This document shows positions 18,581-64,000 of a stretch of 64,000 nt of DNA, in pieces. The stretch is from Lingula anatina (taxonomy: Eukaryota; Animalia; Brachiopoda). How positions within the stretch are numbered: position 1 is the first letter of the stretch; the number at the start of each line of letters is the position of its first letter. The DNA is taken from NCBI GenBank assembly GCA_051362555.1, contig CM120647.1, positions 6,324,001 to 6,388,000 on the forward strand. Direction: 5' to 3'. A model generated the notes under the pieces. The model had not been told where the DNA came from. It saw nothing but the letters and a program-made list of their open reading frames with translations, and searched no databases. The position numbers were made by a program, and so were the translations under genes.

Positions 18581-21258
18581 TAGTCCGGTGGCTTAAGGAA
18601 AAAATCGTGACACGGCGGATAAAAGCACCAAATTTTGCATGTGGGTACCTTTTGACATTCTAAATCAAATTAGAGCCGTAGCCCACGGAAAAAATTTACC
18701 GTTTGGTCAAAAAATCCAAAATGGCCGCCAATTTATTGAAATCTTTAGAATTATGTACATACCTATGTTGATTTTTATCAAATAAATTATTTTCTCAGAG
18801 TTTTCCACACCCTTATTACCCATTATATTCATATATGTCAGATAGCAAACAAGTTCCCTTGGACTTTTTGAAAAAATCCAAGATGGCTGTCATTTGCCAT
18901 AGAAACAGCCATAGGAATACTAGTGCACAACTATTACCAGCTAGAACGATACGTTGTCCACTATTAAATTAAGTCTGTTTCTCAGATCTTTGTTACCCAC
19001 ATAATATGTTTGTGGTGAGTAACTACGAAATGTTCTTGGGCATTTTGGAAAATCCAAGATGGCTGCCATGTGCCACAGGAATTCTAGTATACGGGGGATT
19101 CAACTAATGGCAACTGGAAAGATTAGTTTTTCACTATCAAATTAAGCTGGTTTCTGAGTGTTTTCCACATCCTTTCTACCCAAACAATATGTATGTGGTG
19201 AGTAACTAACAGTATTCTTGGGCATTTTGAGAAAATCCAAGATGGCCGTCATATGTAATAGGAATACTTCTAGTATTACAAAGGGTTGGAACTAATACCA
19301 ACTAATTCACTATCAAATTCAGTTTATTTTTTTAGTGTTTTACACATTATTATTACACTGTGATACATATCTAGCAGGTAATAAATGTGCATATTTGATC
19401 ATTTTGAGAAAACCCAAGATGGCCGTCACTGGCCATAGGAATACTACTGGAATTACAACTGCACATCCATGGCTTTTCATCTACTACCAGGGTGAATTTG
19501 AGTTTGCTTATCAAGTTTTGCCCATCCTTATTAGTCCTATGATATATATCTGGTGGGTAAAAAGTGTGCATCCTTGGATATTCTGAGAAAAAGATACCTA
19601 CAATTTAACATAGGAATACTAATGGGTGGGTTTCAATTGCTGCTAGAGAGGCATATGCATGGTTCATTATACAATTACATTTCCATGAGTTTGTTTTAAA
19701 AATAATTCATGATTTTCATTCCATTTATTATTACCCCTATGATGTATACCTGGTCTGTAGTATGGCATGTGTGTATCTTTGGGTATTCTGAAAAAATGCA
19801 AGATGTCTGCCTTTTGTCATTAGAATATTCGAACACATAATCAAATAATGCTAGAGATACACTGAGTACGATTTAAATGTAGTTAACGTTGGGTCTTTTT
19901 TAAATGTTTTTCATATCCTATTTATCCTTATGAAAGACTGTGTGTTTTGAAAGTGTATGTATCCTTGAGTATTATTCGGAGAAAACCCAAGATAGCTGCC
20001 AGTTGTCATAGGAATATAGGTGTCAATTAATAGAACAGTTCAGACATTGATTCCAACCTGAAATAAAGCCGTTTGATGTTTAAACATGTTGACATCCTTA
20101 TTAACCTTACTCTTTATAAATCTGGTGTGTAGCAAGTGTGCATCTTGCGTATTTGAGAAAATTCAAGATTGCTGCAATTCACAATAGGAATAGTACAGTC
20201 AACTACTGCCAGAGAGACATTGGGTTCAATATAAAATGAATTTTGTTTCTCGGTATTTCCCACATTCCTTTTGGACTTTTAGATATCTGTCTGGTGGGCA
20301 ACAAGTGTATACCCTTAAGTATTTTGAAAAAATATCATGATTACCCTCATTTGCCTTAGAAGTGCCTATTAAATCTAATGCACCAGTTTTCCTATGGGGA
20401 AAAGAAGGCCATCTTGGATTTCCCCAAAATGATAAAATATGGACATTAATTACCTAGCAGATATGTATCATGGGATAATAATACTAAAAAAAAACAGAAT
20501 AACAACTGAACTCAGCTTCATTTTATTTGTAAGCCTATCTCTAGCAGGCATTAACTGAACCCCACCTTCTATGGCTAATGGCAGCCATTTTGTTTTGTTT
20601 TGTTTTCAAAAAGGATACACGTAACATTCTCATCACATATGTATTATGTAAATTAAAAAGATGTGGAAAATACTCAGAAACAAACCTAATTTATCAATTA
20701 ATATTATATTTCCATGGCAGAAGAAGCCCTATGTGTATACTACTGTAGTATTCCTTTGATATGGGGGCCATCATGGATTTTTCTCGAATTGCCTGTGAAT
20801 AAAGGTTAGTTACTCACCACAAATATATTATTTGTGTAATAAGAAACAAAACTAATTAGATAGTGGGCAATGCATCTTCCTATTTGGCATTAGTTAGTTG
20901 AAAACCCTTGTACATGTTCTAGTATTCCTATGTCATATGGCGGCCATCTTGGATTTTTCAATAAGTCCAAGGACACTAGTTTGTTATCTGACACATATGC
21001 ATAATATGGGTAATAAGGATGTGGAAAACATTGAGAAAATACTTAATTTGATAAAAATCAACATAGATATGTATATATTTCTACAAAATTTCACAAATTG
21101 GCGGCCATTTTGGATTTTTTGGCCAAACGGTAAATTTTTTCCGTGGGCTACGGCTCTAATTTGATTTAGTATGTCAAAAGGTACCCACATGCAAAATTTG
21201 GTGCTTTTATCCGCTGTGTCACGATTTGGCCATTTTTTTGCCCTAAGCAACCGGACTA
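18581..21258. mobile_element. Non-autonomous DNA transposon, Academ-like, 2678 bp
   Basis: Termini TAGTCCGGT...ACCGGACTA with a 3-bp TCA duplication on both sides. Inverted arms exceed 300 bp, with subterminal repeats carrying aaatccaagatggc. No transposase ORF. The superfamily call is inferred from termini and TSD length. Confidence 0.75.
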
Positions 21259-22180
21259 TCAAGCACTACTTTGCCATCACGTTGAATATAATAAAGAATA
21301 CAATAAAAAGGTGAAGATTTTTTTAATTTTAAAATGAAGAGAAAACTTCAAAGGCTTTTCTCCAAGCTTGCTGGCCTATCTATAGGCTACATATTTCACC
21401 AGAAATTGAGATAGGGAGAATTAGGAATAATCGTATTGAAGGACACTTTATTGGGATAACGCTGGGTTTTGAGCGCGTAGCATAAAAATCTCATGAAATC
21501 TTCTTTTCTGCATGGACCAGTGGGTTTTTCATTCGCGTTTTCATCATTCTTAAAAGGATAACAACTCCTTGTATGACTTAAAAATCCACAATAAATACAT
21601 TGCAAACAACAGCATAGGAATACAAAAATTTCATTTTACCGTCATTTTATTGCGCTTATTCTGAAATCTGTGTTTGCCAGCGGACCATGTGGACCTTTAT
21701 GGGTGACTACCCTCCCTAAAAATCTTTATATAAATTATTAAAAATATCCAAACCAAAAATAAAAAACGATTACTTTGAATGTTGGAACGGATTCATTAAC
21801 CATTGGTTAGTATGGGAAAAATCCATGCATGGCACTTTTCCCGCTAAAATGAACTGTTCTTATGCCTTTCAAACAGAGGCTACATTTACACATGTAGTCT
21901 CACTCCGAGAGGAAAGGGTTTGATAGGGACCAAAATATTAGAGTGGGAAGACCGCCAGGTTTTAGCTATTGTTCGACAAAATAATCATCGGAACTGTGGG
22001 TGCAAAACACCGCTGATGAATTTTCTTGCTGGCAATAATATATACACGTAGGTTTATTCACCGTAACATATGCTTATCGTTGCTGTCCAGTGAATCGAAG
22101 CCGATTTACATACAGGCAATAGAGCTTAAGTGGACTGGAACGCACTTCAGTAAGGTGAAGCCCTTGTCAAATTCTAGTGT

Positions 22181-22211
<31 letters not shown>

Positions 22212-24221
22212 GCTGGATTGGGAGGGCGAGGACGCACCCCCTCCCCCCCCCCCCCCCCCCCCCCCCCGTCCCCACCTTTTTCAAAAAACCGATTTAATTG
22301 CAGACCGGGCTAATATTAGAGTAAAAGGACTGAATTGTGAAAAAAATCTTGAAAGAGCCGAGAGAATATCATTAACATTATCATTTGTGTCCGTCCTTAT
22401 AGCCGAAATGTACATATACAGTGTATATGCAAAGCAAAAAAAGAACGGACGCCCTTGGCAAAAATCCAGGAAAAAAAGGTTGAAAAGACGTCTCCGGCGT
22501 TTTTTGATGCTTTCACAAATTGATCGAAACCAAGCAGTCGTCCAGCCGAGTAAATAGAGACTATGTGGGCTTCTGCTGGGGTGGCGACTTAAAAAAAATA
22601 TCATAAAAATAGCATTTAACAAAACGCCATACATTATAGCGTTTAATTACCATATAATGCCAACCTTTAACAAAATACTATACATAAAAGTGTTTATATC
22701 ATACATAATAGTGTTTTTAAACAACGCGTTCAACATTTGGTCTGACCATAAATTGCGTTACTCTGGCCTGAGTTTTAGAAGTCACTGGAAATTATTCTCT
22801 ACATCATAAGAATACCTCTGCCGTTTTCCAGCACTATCTGAAATTCAGGGTTGCAGCAACATCTCAACAATGTGAAAATCTGTGCATAACCTCGAATGTC
22901 TGTGCGATTGATTTAATATGATTTTTATACTAAATATTTGTACAGCTTACACAATTTTGATGTTGTAAGATAATGTAATGCAAATTATATAATGTTAAAT
23001 AGTTACAAAACTCGTGGTATTTTGTGAAAAAAATGAGCTTTTTAGTAAAACGAAGGGAGAAATTTTAAAATAAGTGATCAAATTGTTTTTTTTTTTTGTC
23101 CTTTTTGCAACTTAAACCATAAGATACATGTAAACGCGTTTTTACTTTTTTGTTCGCCGCTGGCGAGTCTACTACTACTGCTACATCCTATATAAGTTTA
23201 GTCACTGCTTACAAATCAAATCATTTAATATCATAGATATAACCCATATCTGAATTTTTGTTTTCTCTATAATTATAGAACTGGCGCGCCCTTCTAGCTA
23301 GTGGTCCGTATATTGTTCATCATCTTTTTTTTTTTTTTTAATTTTTTTCATCATTATATATTTTACGTCGATGTTTTTTTTGTAAATTTGTTAAAAAAAT
23401 AAAATAACTATCATAAAACTCAAAATCCGAATTGTGATTGAATAGGCTTGAATTTATACGCCTAAGCATTTTTCTCCGCATTTCTTTCAGCGCGTATGTA
23501 TATTCAATTCAATTATCAAGTACATATTTCGAAATCCTCCCTCTTCTAGTGCGCATATTATTTTTGGAGTTGTATATCAATATACATTTATGCAACTCTT
23601 TCACTTTTAAGACTAAAAAGTTTTCAATCCCTCAAAATGGTGCGAAAAAAAAAGGACCACGCGACATGAAGAGAGCGTAAGTTTCCACCGCCACATAAAC
23701 AGGACTATTTTACTTCATGTTTTAAAAATTTGAATTAGCGATAATTTTTTTTTATAAAATGCGGGAAAGCAATATCGCTAGATAAATTTTTTTTCATCCG
23801 CGCTCTTGCTTTTCGCGTTAAGAGATTTTTTTTTCTTTTTCTGAAAATAATTTTCAGAAAATAATCAGTGTAGCGAACGTATTTGGCATCAATTTGAACT
23901 TTAAGAAAGAATTAAAAAAAAAGAAACAATAACGTTTAAAACAAAGACAAATTACGAAAAAAAAAAAGAAGAAAAGAAAAAAAGAAAAATACCATGGCAT
24001 TCGCAGCAAATTAAAAACAGCATTTTCATAACTGTTAGAAGAAAAATAGCAATTTGTGCTAAAAAAAATTAAAAAATTAAAAAACAAAAATACAATAGAA
24101 TAAATTATCATCTTCCCACAGTTTAGGTCCCTACGCCTAAAAAATAAACATGACTTTGAAATTGAATCGCATGAGATAAAAACAAACAAAAAAAAAATCT
24201 ATGAAAGCGACTGCTACTCAC

Positions 24222-24284
24222 CTTGCTGAGCGCCTCTCCCGACAGATTAGGATTTCTCAGCTCGTCGCGTGATTGCGGTTCACC
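24222..24284 (-). other. Candidate 5'-UTR exon of the SLC22 gene
   Basis: On the minus strand, acceptor cttacag precedes and donor AG|gtgagt follows a 63-nt GC-richer segment. A further minus-strand donor gtgagtaag lies at about 25107-25115. Confidence 0.4.
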
Positions 24285-25039
24285 TGTAAGTTGTTGTATT
24301 CACGCTTCATTGGAATCGTATCGAGTCCAGGTTTCACAGAAGTCGGCGTTCTCGGTAAGCGTTTAACACGACTGAGGCCAAACGGAAATTCCGGGCACCG
24401 CTTTAGAAAAAAAGGTAAGCAGCACGATGTTTGATTAAGTTTACTAATTCTTGTACTAAGGCTGAATACTAAGAGTAACTTTTTGATCGACTGTAACGAA
24501 AGTGTTGCGACCCGTTTCACAAAAAAGTACGAATTTTTTGTTGTTTTAGGGCGACAGTTGTTTTAGGGTCGAACTGGATAGGCAATTGCTAGTTTGACTT
24601 CGGGCTGAAAATTCGAGCACTCAGTGTGAGAAGGTGAAATATGTTGCTACGGAGAAATTTTAGGACAATATTCTAGGTAGTGTGGTCCTTTTAAGGGCCA
24701 CCCCTTTCTTTCTGTTACAGGTGTTTATCATCGTATCGTTTTTTGTTGTTTTTTTTTTATCACAGTACCCCATAACATATTCCCTGGATAATATGTCGAT
24801 CATCGTTGGAGAACCCATAACGGGCCAGCGACCTCACAGTTGAATTTTTGGTAGACCTAAAACGAAGGGAAAATGTAAAGGTGCTGTAAATTGTGTTAGA
24901 TGTGCAAGGTCACAATCAACAGCGCAACGCGTCTCACCAAATGACCCTTACCTTGTGAGGACTTAAAAGTAAAATTAAAAAATAGAATATTGTTTTATAT
25001 CATGCTATACATGTTTTCGTGGTCACTTCTGAATAGGGA

Positions 25040-25407
25040 ATTAGGTGGCGTGGAATTGGCAAAAGCAAACGACAAAAATCCAACCTCCGTCGTTCCGCCC
25101 TTCGGCTTACTCACCCTCACTGAGCCGCAGCAAATTCGTCAAATTTTCCAACTTTAAACAATATGGGCGACTCTTCCACGTTACACAACATTCCAGTTTT
25201 AAATATTTTGCTAGATTATTTGTATAAATCAACACCGACCACTGGACAAAAGCCCCTAAACTCGCAAGTCGTTCCGCGTAATGCCGCGCTTGAAATTAGA
25301 CAACCCTTTATGTTACCCCTGTCGGCCATTTTGGTTTTGAAATATTTTATTGTACTCTGCAAGCTTAATCGAAATACTCGTCAGTAGTGCAGGTAACAAG
25401 TCCCTCC
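25040..25407. promoter_or_regulatory. Putative bidirectional promoter between the SLC22 and Argonaute genes
   Basis: CpG-containing island with a YY1-type GCCATTTT at about 25325. A minus-strand splice donor lies to the left and the Argonaute first coding exon to the right. Confidence 0.4.
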
Positions 25408-62061
<36,654 letters not shown>

Positions 62062-63339
62062 TGAGTTAGTTGTGCACGGGAGTTCTTGAAGAAAGTTCAG
62101 TGAACGAGACGAAGTTCTTATCAGTTTATCATGTAATTTGTCGTTCTCTTTCACTTTGAAGCAGAAGAGTTATTGCAATCCCTTTTTTAATTCTGTTGTA
62201 TTATATTGTTACTCCAAGGGGGTAGGGGTGAAGGGTGAAGGGAGGGGGCAGCAGAGATGAAAGAGAGATTACAGATCTAAATGGGAATTTGCAATTAAAA
62301 TATGGCTTCTTCAAGCTGGGACTGAGACTATTTTTTGATAAATTGATTTGAACATTTTTTTTTTTTTTTTTACTTTTTTCTTAATAGGAAGATTGAGAAA
62401 TGAGAGAAATTGAATGTGTTAGGCATTGATTTTACTTACTGAAAAGATGCGTACAACTTTGGCAGAATGTTGTGTTGGTGAAGATATTGATAAAAATAGT
62501 AATAAAAATGATCAGTAATACATATTAGGATAATACATATATAATGAAAGGCATGAGATTTTTGTATATCTCTTATTATGTTGCTATTTAGAGAGTACAC
62601 GTATATATATATATATATATATATATATCGAGGTTTATGAATTACATAATAATTAAAGGAAAAACGGGGAGTTTATGGCACGCACGTGGTGTTATTAGGG
62701 TGATGACGGACTCTGTTGAGCTCTTGAACCCCTTGGTGTTTTGCAACGCCCTCTTTGAATGTGTCACCCCTACCCCTCCATTTCATACTAGTTTTAAGGC
62801 AAGTTCACGGGCTGAGCCAAGCAGACTGAACATATAATATAGTATGATGTCAGTATTTGGCCTTCTGTGTTTGAAGCTCGGTATTGAGCAATGTGGCTGT
62901 CTGTATGCATCTGATGGTTTTGATTTATGGTCTAGATTGGTCTGGCCGTGAACTTGCTCTGGTACATGTGAACAAATGGAAAAAAAAAAGTCATTAGATT
63001 TTTTATTGAAAATGATCTCAAGTCTAAGAAACTACCCATTAATTTTTTTTTTTTTTTTTTTGATAAGTATTTGATGCCATCCATGTTTTACCACATTGTT
63101 TTAGATTGAGAGACACTGATCACTTTCTTTTGTCCGTCTTTTGATGTAAATTTAATAGTATTATCCAAAATATTTTGTTTAATTTTAATTTATTTATGTT
63201 ACATGTATCAGTGAAATTAGTGATTGGAGTTGTGTTTCAAGTCAAGTTGGTTCTGCCTAACTTGCTGCAATCCACTGCAGCAGGCTTTTTGATTGTGGTG
63301 ACTTCTCAGAAAGCCTTTGCAATGGCGGATACTGTAATA

Positions 63340-63817
63340 CCATGATGGCGGCACTAGGTGGGACATTGGAGGGATTAGATGTGCTGCCTCTAGGGGGTTT
63401 ATCAGTTAGAATATTAAGCATAATGGTGGCAGCGGGTGGGATGACAGGGATTGGATTGGCGGGCTATGGTGGGTTAATCATAATAAGATACATGAGACAG
63501 TAAAACAATGGTAGAGGCGGGTGGGATGTCTGGGATTAGAGAGGCGGCCTGTGGTGGGTTAATCATAATCAAATATATTAGACAGTAAAACATAATGGTG
63601 GCAGCGGGCAGGATGACTGGGATTAGATGCGCTGCCTGTGATGGGTTTATCAGTTACAATATAAAACAATGGTGGCAACGGGTGGGATGGCAGGGATTAG
63701 ATTGGCGACCTATGGTGGGTTAATCATAATAAGATATATTAGACAGTAAAACATTATGGTGGCAGCGGGTGGGATGATGGGGATTAGATTGTCTGCCTAT
63801 GATGAGTTAATCATAAT
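63340..63817. repeat. Degenerate tandem repeat, about 85-bp unit x about 5.5
   Basis: atggtggcagcgggtgggatg...gggattagat...gggttaatcataat recurs. Confidence 0.8.
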
Positions 63818-64000
63818 CAGACTTCTTGACTTGAAACACGACTAAATGAACAAGTGGCATTTTAAGAAAGTGAATCTTGCCTTTAATTGCTACATTGTCA
63901 ACAAAAACATACATAAACATTATCATTATTGATAAAAAAGTGAATAATTTCAACAGGCTAAACATAATTTTTACTTGTGGGGCATGACATTTAGTCTGTT

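Overview
AT-rich, intron-rich animal (invertebrate, probably lophotrochozoan) genomic DNA. It holds four genes. (1, 2) An inverted, tail-to-tail duplicated pair of single-exon 171-aa genes that I cannot assign to a family, both ending in a polybasic stretch plus a CaaX prenylation motif (510-1025 +, 7706-8221 -). (3) A complete 11-coding-exon SLC22 organic cation transporter-like gene on the minus strand (11243-17728, 556 aa). (4) A divergently transcribed miRNA-class Argonaute gene (ATG at about 25408, running past the window end) with an intact DEDH tetrad. The most striking structure is in the Argonaute. It has two internal pairs of tandemly duplicated, same-length exons (137 nt in linker L1; 123 nt in linker L2) that look mutually exclusive. 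It also has duplicated phase-1 cassette exons and a collagen-like (GPP)n tract in the N-terminal extension. The introns around the duplicated exons carry clustered Rbfox (TGCATG), STAR/QKI (ACTAAY) and CTCF-like motifs. The remainder is transposon-derived: a solo LTR, an Academ-like element, nested Harbinger-type MITEs, Helentron-type (HINE) elements and several satellites. All gene models were read by eye from splice signals and reading frame; no expression data were available.
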